A stretch of DNA of 64,000 nt from an uncultured delta proteobacterium (GCA_963790475.1 CAWBOS010000006.1:576001-640000); one strand, 5' to 3'; counted from the stretch's first letter, positions 19,309 to 29,463 are shown. Numbers and translations: made by a program. Notes: generated from the sequence alone by a model not told the origin.

Positions 19309-20631
19309 CTATCTCAAAATCCTCTCAGAGATTTTGATCACCGGTTCATCGTTCGGGTCCTGGGGGATGAGTTCGCCGCGAAAGGCTTTGGTCAGAATGG
19401 ATTGGGTGAGTTTGTCCACCTGGGCCTTTGCCTTCTGGTAACGAGCCTCAATGCGGTCGGCGAGGGCAAAGAGTTCTTCCATCCGCCGGACGATTTCATG
19501 TTGTTCTTCCTTGGGAGGGACAGGGATAGGGAAGTTGGCTACGTCGGCCAGACTCAGGTTTGCCCGTGCCACGTCAACTTTTTCAGCATGCATGTGGTCT
19601 ATAAGTGAGGGCGAATTTAAAACGTAGAGAATATATTTTCCGAGGACATTTTTCCTTAGTCTAATCAGGGCTACTGCTTGATTTATGTTTGCCAATTCGG
19701 GAGATTCAAATATGGCTGACCTTCCTATTGAAGCCCCCACAATATTGGTCAATAGGTCTCCGATCTTTAGAACGGATTTCGGTTGAATATCATTAATTTT
19801 TAATTCAACGTATTTCTTTTTATCCTCTAAAAGCATCTTGCCATTTCCGATATTTTCACTGGTTACAAAAAGAACTCCCCGGTCAGTATATTCTACTCCC
19901 TGCCACTTTGGAGATGCACCTTTTGTGATTAAAGTGGAAAGGTCAGCAAGAGGAAGAATAGACCAAGATTGCGGCAGATCGTTTTCCGTTATATCTTCCT
20001 TCCTCCAATCTGTCGTGAGGCGGCCGGAGCAGGCGGTGGCGAGGACGGATTGGCGAAATCGTTTGAGGAGGATGGCAATCTTTTCAAGACGTGTCCGGCT
20101 GGATTCGACTTTCTCCAGAAGTTTTTCCAGCTTTGCTACGATACGGCGCTGCTCTGCCCATGGAGGAAGAGGAATTTTTGACTCTCGAATAAAGGAAACG
20201 GGTACGCGTAGTTGCCCAGCCGTCCCTGTAAAATTCTGCGCTGCATTACGTCGAAACGACTCCTGATGAATGAAAAAGTAAATATATTTTGGGGCTATAC
20301 CTTCTTTCGGTCGAAGAACATGGAGCTCAGTCGTGCCGCAACCCAAGCCGTTTCGTAGCCCACTTGCAACAGCGGCTTTGCCATTCTCCATGCAAGGCGT
20401 TATCTTGGCAAATAAGACATCTCCTTCAGCGAAATGGGTGTAACCTTTTCGCACCTTACCTAACGGCCTCTCTTCTTCGAATTTGAATCGATAGTCAAAT
20501 TCACTCAAAGCGGGCATCGGCGCAAACGTAACGGGCAAAGAATTATCAAGATTCGTGGGATGGCGCGGATTAATTTGAGTGATACTCTCCAGACTGGCGA
20601 TTGTCCACCCTACCGGCAATTCTTGATTCAT
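19309..20631 (-). CDS. hsdS: Type I R-M specificity subunit
   Basis: Two TRDs; PLPP..EQRRIV and PVPP.EEQHEIV conserved regions; KAFRGELIPQDPNDEP tail. Confidence 0.95.
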   Translation of the reverse strand: MNQELPVGWTIASLESITQINPRHPTNLDNSLPVTFAPMPALSEFDYRFKFEEERPLGKVRKGYTHFAEGDVLFAKITPCMENGKAAVASGLRNGLGCGTTELHVLRPKEGIAPKYIYFFIHQESFRRNAAQNFTGTAGQLRVPVSFIRESKIPLPPWAEQRRIVAKLEKLLEKVESSRTRLEKIAILLKRFRQSVLATACSGRLTTDWRKEDITENDLPQSWSILPLADLSTLITKGASPKWQGVEYTDRGVLFVTSENIGNGKMLLEDKKKYVELKINDIQPKSVLKIGDLLTNIVGASIGRSAIFESPELANINQAVALIRLRKNVLGKYILYVLNSPSLIDHMHAEKVDVARANLSLADVANFPIPVPPKEEQHEIVRRMEELFALADRIEARYQKAKAQVDKLTQSILTKAFRGELIPQDPNDEPVIKISERILR

Positions 20632-22043
20632 TCCTCCACGCCCTCTTCCTTATCCAGCAATTCCACTATATCCCTCAAACCATCCACCACCGCTTCCAAT
20701 TCCGTTATTGCCTCAGCGGCCAGGTCCTGCGGTTCGGGCAGGTCATTGGCGTCTTCGATGGATTCGTCTCTGAGCCAGGTTATGTCGAGCTTGTAGTTAC
20801 GGTCTTTGATGTCTTTTGTATGAAATCTTCTGAACCGGCCCTGTTCGCTGGTATCTTTTCTTTTGCTTTGTCCGTTGGGGTCTTTACCGTAAGCTGCCTC
20901 GAATTCGGCAAAGTGTTCCGGTGTCAGAGGGCGTTCCTTTTTGGTGATGCCGGGGACATTGGAGCGGGCATCGAATATCCAGACATGCTCCGTTTTTATG
21001 CCTTTTTGGAAAAAGATGACATTGGCTTTTACGCCGGGGCTGTAGGGGGTAAAGGTCCCCCTGGGCAGACGCAGAATGGTGTGGAGATTGCAGTCTTGCA
21101 TGAGGATTTCAAAAACCTCACCTGCTTTGTCTTCAAAAAGGCAGTTGTCGGGTAGGACAATGGCTGCCCGGCCTCCTTCCTTGAGGATATTCATGACATG
21201 CTGGACAAAATTGAGCTGTTTGTTGCTGGTGGCAATGGTAAAGTCATCCCGCTCCGGGGCCTGATTGGCCCCCTTGGTGCCGAAAGGTGGATTGGTCAGG
21301 ACGCAACTGTGCAGTTTTCCCCGGTAGGGTTCATAGATAGCGTCCCCGAGATAGATATGAGGTTCCAGGCCATGAAGAAAAAGGTTCATCAGGGAAAGAC
21401 GTCTGGGACGGGGCACCAGCTCCTGTCCGTAATAGGTCTTGGTCTTTATCCGTTTGGCCTTATCCCGTTCGATGGCCCCTCCGGTGATCTCCATTAGCCA
21501 CTCATAAGCGCACATCAGAAAGCCCCCAGTGCCGCAGGCCGGGTCACAGATGGTGAATTCCGGGTTGGACCGGGGATCGGGCTTCATGACCCGGACAATG
21601 GATTTGATCAGGACCCTGGGGGTGAAGTATTGTCCTGCACCCTTCTTACCCTCGCTGGCCGCCTTTTCCAGAAGACCTTCGAAGGCCGCCCCTTTGACAT
21701 CGACATCGAGGGCCGACCACTCTTCTACATCGATCATGGTAATGAGACGCTTGAGATTTACCGGATTATTAAAGCGGGGTACTGACTGGGTGAAGATGTC
21801 ACCAAGCAGGCCCTTTTCATTACGCAATTTGCGAAGTATCTCCGAGTATAGATCGATCAGGGCCGGGCCGGATTCTTTCTTTAGGGCCTCCCAGGTGCAG
21901 CCATTAGGGATAGTGATCCCTTTTTCGTCGGCCATTTTGAGAAAAAGCAGATAGGTGAGCTGTTCGATGTAATCGCCGTAATCTACGCCGTCATGTCTTA
22001 GAGTGTGACAAAATCCCCAGAGTTTATTGACAATATCCGTCAA
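20628..22043 (-). CDS. hsdM: Type I R-M N6-adenine methyltransferase
   Basis: GQYFTPR, DPACGTGG, NPPF. Confidence 0.95.
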   Translation of the reverse strand: MTDIVNKLWGFCHTLRHDGVDYGDYIEQLTYLLFLKMADEKGITIPNGCTWEALKKESGPALIDLYSEILRKLRNEKGLLGDIFTQSVPRFNNPVNLKRLITMIDVEEWSALDVDVKGAAFEGLLEKAASEGKKGAGQYFTPRVLIKSIVRVMKPDPRSNPEFTICDPACGTGGFLMCAYEWLMEITGGAIERDKAKRIKTKTYYGQELVPRPRRLSLMNLFLHGLEPHIYLGDAIYEPYRGKLHSCVLTNPPFGTKGANQAPERDDFTIATSNKQLNFVQHVMNILKEGGRAAIVLPDNCLFEDKAGEVFEILMQDCNLHTILRLPRGTFTPYSPGVKANVIFFQKGIKTEHVWIFDARSNVPGITKKERPLTPEHFAEFEAAYGKDPNGQSKRKDTSEQGRFRRFHTKDIKDRNYKLDITWLRDESIEDANDLPEPQDLAAEAITELEAVVDGLRDIVELLDKEEGVEE

Positions 22044-22055
22044 GGCCGTTCCTTT

Positions 22056-24740
22056 CTATGCGGCCACCGCATAGTTGATGTCGTTAATCCATTTCGCCAG
22101 ATCGTTGTTGAAGACTGTGTTGGCCCTCGTCCGTCCTCCATGCCGTTCAAAAACGGGAAGGGTGTCGAAGTCGCCCAGATCGATGGTCAGGTTCTCAACA
22201 AGGTGATTTCTTATGTATTCAAGCCAGTTCTTTTGTTCTTCGGTAAGGGAAAGGCCGGCGGTTACTTTGGCAACAGCCCGGTCCACCCGCTCCTGGGCCG
22301 AGATAATCGGCTCCTCCTCCCTGGCGGCATGCTTTACCATGGAGATAATATCCGCCAGGGCCTTTTTATAAATCAGCCGATGGGCCTTTTGTAGTTCCTT
22401 CTCGGGAAATCTATTGAGGTTCAATTTCACTCTTAGTTCTTTCAGAACCTCTGCGTTCCATTGCTTCGGCTTTTCAGTTAGAATTTTGATGGCCTCAATC
22501 TGCTCCGGATTTTCCCTTACAAAACGGGCAAAGGCCTCCAGGTAATCTTCGGGTTTCTGATAGTCTGGGCCGACACGGATCATGACATCCGAGGATACGG
22601 TATCCTCTATCTCATATCCCACAACAAAGGTCCGCTTGGCCCGCTCATAATTGACCAGCAAGTCCTGAAAGTCTTTCTGGCGAAGGAGGGCCAGGATATT
22701 GTTAAAATCGCTCTTGATTTTTTCCGGCAACTCTCTGGCAAATTTACCGAGGTCACCATCCGGGATAAAAATACTGAATTTCTCCCGGGCCTGCCCGCTC
22801 ATGGTGCGATCAATGCGGTGGAGCCGCTTGACCAGGACCTTGGTATAATAATCCCGGTCGATGTTCTGATAAATGTTTTCAATGACCTGGGCGATGGGCA
22901 CGGGTTCCTGGCTGGGGATCTGGACATCAAAGTCGGTGGTGTTCTTGAAATATTCAATCAGTGTGCCATCGAAACAATCGAAGATGACAAATTTTTCTTT
23001 ATTGATGAGGTCGCATTTTCTTGTTCCCCGGCCGAGCATCTGCACCCAAAGGATCCTTGACTTGACGGGTCGCAGGAAAACGATGAACTCCAAAGCGGGA
23101 ATATCAACGCCTGTGGAGAGCATATCGACGGTCACCACGATTTTAGGGTTCGGTCGGTTCCTGAACTCCCGTATCTTCTGCAGAGGGCGGTCCACCGTGG
23201 GACTTCCAGTGATCTTCTGGACAAAACTGTCGCCCTGACCGAATTCTTCCCGGCAGATTCGAACGATCTGGTCGGCATGCGAGGTGTGGGGCAGGTCATT
23301 GGAGGCAAAGATGAGCGTTTTAGGAAAACGGCCATATTCATTTTCGTGGGCATAGGCGTATCGGGCGAGCTCTTTGATAATCTTTCGGTTGCTGTCCGGG
23401 GAGGTAATTTTTACCTCAATTTCTTCGGTGGCATACTGGCGCTCATCCTCGAGATGGTCGAAGGTTTCCACTCCGGTATCCGTGTCGATGAGGCCTACCT
23501 GCTCCCCCTCTTTGAGGAAGGCCCCTTTCATGCGCACGTCGGACCTGATCTTGACCGCCTCATAATCGACCAGCCAACCATCAAGCACGGCCTCTTCCAT
23601 CGAGTAACGGTAGATTACTTCATTGAAAAGAGACAGAGTGTGGAGGGCCGGGGTGGCCGTGAGACCAATCTTCACGGCATCGAAATGGTTCATAACGCCT
23701 CGCCAAACGGCATCATCCCTGGCCGTGTATCCGCGGTGACATTCATCGGCGATAATCAGATCAAAGGCATGGATGGGAATGTCCAGCTTATCCGCCTCGT
23801 CTTCATAATCAGGATCACTCCGGTTTTGGGAAAAAGCGGATTCAAATCCAAAGAGATTAATGGCCATCCGTTGGATGGTGGAGACATAGACAAAGGTATG
23901 GGAGGTCTGCGGAGCAGTCAGATAGGCATTGGGCAGCACCTTGGGATCGAAGGGCTTGTCCTCATCGAAATCTTCACGGCGGAAGCGCTGGCTGTAGACT
24001 TCATATTCCTGATCGAACTTATGGCCCCCAGGGGTATTGAAGGAAGCGAATTCCCGAACCGCCTGGGCGGCGAGAGCCCGTCGATCAACCAGAAAGAGAA
24101 CCCGTCGGACGCATTTGGCCTGGAGGAGACGATAGATTTGAGAAACGGTGAGAAAGGTCTTGCCGGTTCCTGTGGCCATAGCCACCAGCATGGACCGCTT
24201 GCCTTGACTGATGGCCGTTTCGATGGCCTTGACGGCCTTTTCCTGGTATGGTCGTATCCCCTCGATATCGATAGGGGTATCTTTTAGATGAGCGTATCTG
24301 GTAGTGCCGTCATTCTCCAAGAATTCTTCGAGGGCCTCGGCGGTGTGAAAATGGAACAACTGACGGGAAAGGTTTTTTTCGTCTCTGACATCAATGTGCC
24401 AGATCACCTCCCCATTGGTAGCGTAAAGAAACGGCACCCGATAACCGTCCCAATTTCCAATACCTTGGAAGACCCCTCTGGCGTACCGCTTGGCTTGTTC
24501 CAGAACACTGTAGGGGCCGACCCCGACCTTCTTGGCCTCGATAATACCGAGCAGCTTGCCCTTCACAAAAAGGGCATAATCAGCCGGGCCGTTGGCAGTG
24601 GGATATTCTTCAACGGCGCACCTTTGGAGGCTTTTAGTATCCAGCCCCTCGGAGTATTTGATAATCTTCCAGGGCGGATGGAGTGACTTCAGTTTTTTAT
24701 CGATTCTTTCTTTTCTGGTTTGCCACTCATATTCAGTCAT
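22056..24740 (-). CDS. hsdR: Type I R-M restriction subunit
   Basis: ADYAL..IIEAK nuclease motif; ATGTGKT; DECHR; LTATP; QMLGRGTR. Confidence 0.95.
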   Translation of the reverse strand: MTEYEWQTRKERIDKKLKSLHPPWKIIKYSEGLDTKSLQRCAVEEYPTANGPADYALFVKGKLLGIIEAKKVGVGPYSVLEQAKRYARGVFQGIGNWDGYRVPFLYATNGEVIWHIDVRDEKNLSRQLFHFHTAEALEEFLENDGTTRYAHLKDTPIDIEGIRPYQEKAVKAIETAISQGKRSMLVAMATGTGKTFLTVSQIYRLLQAKCVRRVLFLVDRRALAAQAVREFASFNTPGGHKFDQEYEVYSQRFRREDFDEDKPFDPKVLPNAYLTAPQTSHTFVYVSTIQRMAINLFGFESAFSQNRSDPDYEDEADKLDIPIHAFDLIIADECHRGYTARDDAVWRGVMNHFDAVKIGLTATPALHTLSLFNEVIYRYSMEEAVLDGWLVDYEAVKIRSDVRMKGAFLKEGEQVGLIDTDTGVETFDHLEDERQYATEEIEVKITSPDSNRKIIKELARYAYAHENEYGRFPKTLIFASNDLPHTSHADQIVRICREEFGQGDSFVQKITGSPTVDRPLQKIREFRNRPNPKIVVTVDMLSTGVDIPALEFIVFLRPVKSRILWVQMLGRGTRKCDLINKEKFVIFDCFDGTLIEYFKNTTDFDVQIPSQEPVPIAQVIENIYQNIDRDYYTKVLVKRLHRIDRTMSGQAREKFSIFIPDGDLGKFARELPEKIKSDFNNILALLRQKDFQDLLVNYERAKRTFVVGYEIEDTVSSDVMIRVGPDYQKPEDYLEAFARFVRENPEQIEAIKILTEKPKQWNAEVLKELRVKLNLNRFPEKELQKAHRLIYKKALADIISMVKHAAREEEPIISAQERVDRAVAKVTAGLSLTEEQKNWLEYIRNHLVENLTIDLGDFDTLPVFERHGGRTRANTVFNNDLAKWINDINYAVAA

Positions 24741-24850
24741 GTGGGACCCTTTAATAAGGCTTGAAAGGGGGAGTTGATAACAGGGTTTTCGAGGCTAACC
24801 TGTCTCACTTGTCGGGCTCCTGAAAGAGGAAATATTTAGTTGATACAAAG

Positions 24851-26257
24851 GAGCCTCTTGCAAAAGTCTATTTTTAGGGAATAGACAAGCATAAAGAGTG
24901 AGCCTCAGCGGTGGTTCTGTGTTAAGATGATGTTTAGAAAGAACACAAAAAAACACAGGAGACACCGATGAAGCTCTGGAAAAAAGTATCATGGTTAAGG
25001 GGTAGATTGCAACAAGGTTTATTTTCCGATTTAGAAGAATGTTGGGAACAGCCTTTGACTGAAAAAGAGGAACGGCTGGTGACGATATTGGAACTGGTTG
25101 AGGTTGAAAGATATGTTCCCCGGAGTTCTTTAAATCAGTGGATGGGGAGGAAGATCCTTGAGCGCCAAGCGATAGCGCGGGCTTTTGTGGCCAAGACGGT
25201 CTATAACCATTCCTTCACCAGATCAACCATTGAACATTTGAAAACGACGTCTAATGTAAGACGCATCTGCGGGTTCGAAAAGGTATCCGACATTCCCTCT
25301 GAGGCCACTTTTTCCAGGGCCTTTGCGGAGTTTGCCGAAGGGGGGCTTGGCGAAAAAGTTCACGAAGCCCTGGTGGAACGTTGTTTAAAGCCGGAACTGG
25401 TTGGTCATATATCCCGAGACGCAACGGCCATAGAAGGTCGGGAAAAGCCGACTAAGAAGCCTGTAAAAGAAAAGCCTGCGCCGAAGAAGAGAGGACGTCC
25501 AGTCAAGGGAGAACTCCGTGATTCCAAGGAAGACAAACGCTTGACCAGGCAACGAGAGCAATCAGTTGAAGAGGCCTTAAAAGAATTGCCGGTTTACTGC
25601 GACGTAGGGACCAAGAAGAACTCCAAAGGGTACAAAGAGACCTGGGTCGGGTATAAACTCCATGCCGATGTTAATGATTGCGGATTGCCGGTGAGTGTCG
25701 TCTTGACCGCAGCATCGCTTCATGACAGCCAGGTCGCTATACCGTTAATGAAGATGACTAGTTCCAAGGTGGATTATCTTTATGATTTGATGGATGCCGC
25801 TTATGACGCTGGATCTATCTATGCAATCAGCAGAGCTCTGGGACATGTGCCCATTATCGACAAGAACTTCCGCGGTAAGGATGTGATCCCTATGGCTCCC
25901 CACGAGGCCAGAAGATTTAATGGAAGGACAGCATCAGAACGGTTCAATAGCCGGTTAAAAGAAGAGTTCGGTGCCAAGAATGTCATGGTCCGAGGAGCCT
26001 TGAAAGTCAATCTCCATCTCATGTTTGGCGTCCTGGCGCTCTTTGCGGATCAGTTGATAAAGTTGGCTTCCTGAGTAAATTTTCAAAGAACGGGGTGAAA
26101 AGTTCAGGTCAGGAGGAGAACTATGCCTGAAAATTGTTACCAAAGTCTCAAATCTGACTATCGTCGTTAAGAAAGACCCAAAATTCCTAAATCGACTGGG
26201 ATAACCGCCTGCTGATATATTTCATCATGCAGTTTTTATAAGTTTTGCAAAAGGTTC
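24851..26257 (+). mobile_element. Complete insertion sequence (IS5/IS1182-like DDE), 1407 bp
   Basis: TIR GAGCCTCTTGCAAAA / TTTTGCAAAAGGTTC (13/15); AAAG direct repeat at 24847-24850 and 26258-26261. Confidence 0.85.
24968..26074 (+). CDS. DDE transposase
   Basis: PSEATFSRAF, SRDATAI, GYKLH, MDAAYD, SERFNSRLK. Confidence 0.9.
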   Translation: MKLWKKVSWLRGRLQQGLFSDLEECWEQPLTEKEERLVTILELVEVERYVPRSSLNQWMGRKILERQAIARAFVAKTVYNHSFTRSTIEHLKTTSNVRRICGFEKVSDIPSEATFSRAFAEFAEGGLGEKVHEALVERCLKPELVGHISRDATAIEGREKPTKKPVKEKPAPKKRGRPVKGELRDSKEDKRLTRQREQSVEEALKELPVYCDVGTKKNSKGYKETWVGYKLHADVNDCGLPVSVVLTAASLHDSQVAIPLMKMTSSKVDYLYDLMDAAYDAGSIYAISRALGHVPIIDKNFRGKDVIPMAPHEARRFNGRTASERFNSRLKEEFGAKNVMVRGALKVNLHLMFGVLALFADQLIKLAS

Positions 26258-26276
26258 AAAGGGGTTTAATAATTAA

Positions 26277-26936
26277 TCAACAACCCTCCATGGCCTTCCT
26301 GAATCTGGCGATCGTCTCCCGGTAATCCGGGGTATGAAAGACGGCCGAGCCGGCTACGACCACATCGGCCCCGGCCTTGCAAACCAAAGCGACGTTGTCC
26401 GGCGTTATTCCCCCGTCCACTTCGATTTCCACGGAAAGTTTTCTGGTGGTGATCATTTGTTTAAGGGCTTGAATCTTTTTCACGGCACCGGGGATAAATT
26501 TCTGGCCCCCGAATCCGGGATTGACGCTCATGATTAAGACGATATCCACCTCGGTTAAGATCTGATCAAGAAAGGAAATTGGGGTGGAGGGATTAATGAC
26601 CACCGCCGGTTTGACCGAATGTTCCCGGATCAGGGAGACTGAGCGGTGAAGGTGCGGGCAGGTCTCAAAGTGCACCGCCAGGATATCGGCCCCGGCTTTG
26701 GCAAAGTCAGGAATATAGCGGTCCGGATTTTCGATCATCAAATGGACATCCAAAGGAATTTTAGTGACCCTGCGAACGGCTTCCACCACCACCGGTCCAA
26801 TGGTGATATTGGGCACAAAATGGCCGTCCATAACGTCGACATGAATGTAATCGGCTCCGGCCGCTTCCACGGCCTGCACTTCTTCTTTCAATCTGCCGAA
26901 ATCGGCGGACAGTATGGAGGGGGCAATACGTTTCAT
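26277..26936 (-). CDS. rpe: Ribulose-phosphate 3-epimerase
   Basis: IAPSILSADF, HVDVMDGHFVPN, MSVNPGFGGQ, VDGG. Confidence 0.97.
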   Translation of the reverse strand: MKRIAPSILSADFGRLKEEVQAVEAAGADYIHVDVMDGHFVPNITIGPVVVEAVRRVTKIPLDVHLMIENPDRYIPDFAKAGADILAVHFETCPHLHRSVSLIREHSVKPAVVINPSTPISFLDQILTEVDIVLIMSVNPGFGGQKFIPGAVKKIQALKQMITTRKLSVEIEVDGGITPDNVALVCKAGADVVVAGSAVFHTPDYRETIARFRKAMEGC

Positions 26937-27016
26937 AATCACCTCTTTTATTAAGGGCTTCGTAAAAAGCCCATTTTTAAGTCTCTCTATTTCTTGCTTG
27001 ATTTCTTACAGGAGTT

Positions 27017-28372
27017 TCATCCCGTCTTTTTAAGCCGGGCGGCAAAAAAACCGTCCATCCGATGAGTTGGAGGCCAGGTCTGGTAGCAACCCCGGGTGTC
27101 CATTAATTCCCGGGCTTTTTCTGGAAGGAAAGGAGATACATCCTCCAGAATGAAATCCGGATTTTCCTGTAAAAAATTTTGAATGACGTCTTGATTTTCT
27201 TCCCGACTCAGGGTGCAAGTGCAATAAACCAGAATCCCTTTTGATTTAAGCCATCCGGCCCCGTTTTGCAAGAACTTGTTTTGCATACGGGCCAGGCGGG
27301 GGCTGTCTTCCGGTCCAAGTCTCCATTTGAGGTCCGGATTGCGTCCTATGACCCCCCAACCCGAACAGGGGGCATCAATCAGGATTCGGTCAAAGATCCG
27401 GGCTGTCTTCGAAAACAGGTCTTCTTTCAGACCATTTTCTGCCAGGCCCTGAATGATGCCGATTCCCAATCTTCCGGTGTTTTCCAAAAGGGCTTTTATC
27501 TTTTCAGGATGAAGGTCAACGGCCATAATATTCCCCTGATCGTTCATCAATTGGGCCAGATGACCGGCTTTCCCTCCTGCTCCGGCACAAAGATCCAAGA
27601 TCCTCTCCCCCGGTTGGGGATCAAGAATCGGGGCAATCATCTGGGAGGCTTCATCCTGGATTTGAAAGATGCCTTGTTGATGCAATTCATCCAGGAACAG
27701 CGGCCTTTTTGGCCCTTCAATCCTAATCCCGACACTCGAGTAAGAAGTGGCTTCCAGCGCCAGGGCCTTGGATTTTAGTCTTTCCAAAAGTTGTTGCCGG
27801 TTGATTTTCAGCGTGTTGACCCGGATGGTATAAGGTGGAATTTGATTGTTGGACTCACACAAAGCCTGGGTCTTTTCAAAACCGAAGGTTTCCAGCCATC
27901 GTTCCACCAGCCAGGTGGGGTGAGAGAAATTTACCGCCAGATAAGAAACCGGATCCTCCCGGGTGGGGAAGGAAAGGACTTGTCTCCTTCGATCCAGGGA
28001 CCGTAATACAGCGTTGACAATATTAGCTGTCCAGGGCTCACGACCCGATTTGGCCAGCTTTACCGATTCATTGACCGCTGCGGAAACGGGGATCCGGGAA
28101 AGAAAAAGGATTTGGAAGACCCCCAGTCTCAAAACAAACAAAGTCCTCAGGGATAACTTTTCCAAGCGGGTTAGGGATAATTGCCTCAGGACCCAGTCAA
28201 TTTTACCCTGCCAGCGCAGGACCCCGTATACCAGTTGATAAATAAGGGAACGGTCCACTGGTTTGATCTGGGGATATTTTTCCAGCAGGTCCCTTAAAAG
28301 CTGATCCGGATATGTCCCGGTTCGATGCCAGGAAAGAAGGACCTGAAGGGCTAAGGATCGGGCATTGCTCAT
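27017..28372 (-). CDS. rsmB: 16S rRNA m5C967 methyltransferase
   Basis: NusB-like N-terminus; QDEAS, DLCAGAGGK, DAPCSG, YCTCT, DGFF. Confidence 0.93.
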   Translation of the reverse strand: MSNARSLALQVLLSWHRTGTYPDQLLRDLLEKYPQIKPVDRSLIYQLVYGVLRWQGKIDWVLRQLSLTRLEKLSLRTLFVLRLGVFQILFLSRIPVSAAVNESVKLAKSGREPWTANIVNAVLRSLDRRRQVLSFPTREDPVSYLAVNFSHPTWLVERWLETFGFEKTQALCESNNQIPPYTIRVNTLKINRQQLLERLKSKALALEATSYSSVGIRIEGPKRPLFLDELHQQGIFQIQDEASQMIAPILDPQPGERILDLCAGAGGKAGHLAQLMNDQGNIMAVDLHPEKIKALLENTGRLGIGIIQGLAENGLKEDLFSKTARIFDRILIDAPCSGWGVIGRNPDLKWRLGPEDSPRLARMQNKFLQNGAGWLKSKGILVYCTCTLSREENQDVIQNFLQENPDFILEDVSPFLPEKARELMDTRGCYQTWPPTHRMDGFFAARLKKTG

Positions 28373-29334
28373 CTGAACCCTAACCGGTCTCCGACTTTGA
28401 TGGAAAACCCCCGAAGCAATTCTTTGGAGGACATCGGCCGGCGCCCCTCCATTTGAACTTCCATCAGCGAAATGAGTCCCTGTCCGGTGCGGACTTGGAT
28501 TGTTTCATCCCTTAGGGAATGGATTGTTCCCGGAATTCCTCGAGTTTCAATTGACTCAAACCCTGCCCGGTGAATAAGCATTCTTTTTCCGTGAAGAAAG
28601 GTAAAGGCCCCGGGCCAGGGAGACAGACCTCGTATCCAATGGTCAATTTCTACGGCCGGGAGGTCCCAGCGGATCTCCCCCTGGGCCTTTTTTAGAGGAG
28701 GGGCATAGCTTGCCAGGGAAGAGTCCTGCGGTTGCGGAATAAGAGTGCCTTCGCGAAGTAAGTTCAGTGTTCGCAACAATACTCGTCCCCCTTGTTCTGA
28801 AAGTCGATCATGGAGGCTTTGGGCCGTATCGGTTTCAGTAATGGGATCCCTTTCCTGCAGCAAAATGTCTCCGGTATCCATACCCGGATCCAGGCGCATG
28901 GTGGTGATTCCGGTTTCCTTTTCCCCCGAGATAATAGCCCATTGGATCGGGGCCGCTCCCCGATACTTGGGGAGCAAGGAGGCATGGACATTAATGGCCC
29001 CCCAGGTTGGGATATTGAGAACCGCCTGTGGAAGGATCAGTCCATAGGCGACAACAATCAATAAATCCGGTTTTTGTTCGGCCAGTTGGTCCTGAACAAA
29101 ACTTTCTTTCAAAGAGACTGGCTGAAATACAGGCAGGTGATAGGAAAGGGCCCGCTCCTTTACCGGAGAAGGTGCGGATTTTCTACCCCTCCCTTTGGGA
29201 CGGTCCGGCTGGGTATAGACCGAAATCACTTCTTCCCCGGCTTCCAGTAGAGCCGTTAGTGAGGGCAGGGCAAAATCCGGGGTGCCCATGAAGATGAGAC
29301 GGGAATAGCTGGTCGGTCGCTGAAAAAGGCCCAT
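28369..29334 (-). CDS. fmt: Methionyl-tRNA formyltransferase
   Basis: FMGTPDFA, TQPDRPKGRG, NVHASLLPKYRGAAPI; start codon lies inside a MITE. Confidence 0.95.
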   Translation of the reverse strand: MGLFQRPTSYSRLIFMGTPDFALPSLTALLEAGEEVISVYTQPDRPKGRGRKSAPSPVKERALSYHLPVFQPVSLKESFVQDQLAEQKPDLLIVVAYGLILPQAVLNIPTWGAINVHASLLPKYRGAAPIQWAIISGEKETGITTMRLDPGMDTGDILLQERDPITETDTAQSLHDRLSEQGGRVLLRTLNLLREGTLIPQPQDSSLASYAPPLKKAQGEIRWDLPAVEIDHWIRGLSPWPGAFTFLHGKRMLIHRAGFESIETRGIPGTIHSLRDETIQVRTGQGLISLMEVQMEGRRPMSSKELLRGFSIKVGDRLGFR

Positions 29335-29435
29335 CTACTTTGTTGTCCTCATCCCTCGTCATTGCGACGTACTTTTATGTACGCCTCATTCCTCAGGACT
29401 TCGGACGCCTCGTATCTAGACCTTTTTGACCAACC
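29315..29435. mobile_element. ~120-bp MITE-like element
   Basis: Imperfect TIR GGTCGCTGAAAAAGG / CCTTTTTGACCAACC (12/15); central CGTAC-N-GTACG palindrome. Confidence 0.6.
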
Positions 29436-29463
29436 TTGGAAGAAGGAGTTTTTTCGCATTCCA

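Noticed and set aside
23277-24287. 336-aa plus-strand ORF
   Set aside because: Antisense shadow of hsdR; no motifs
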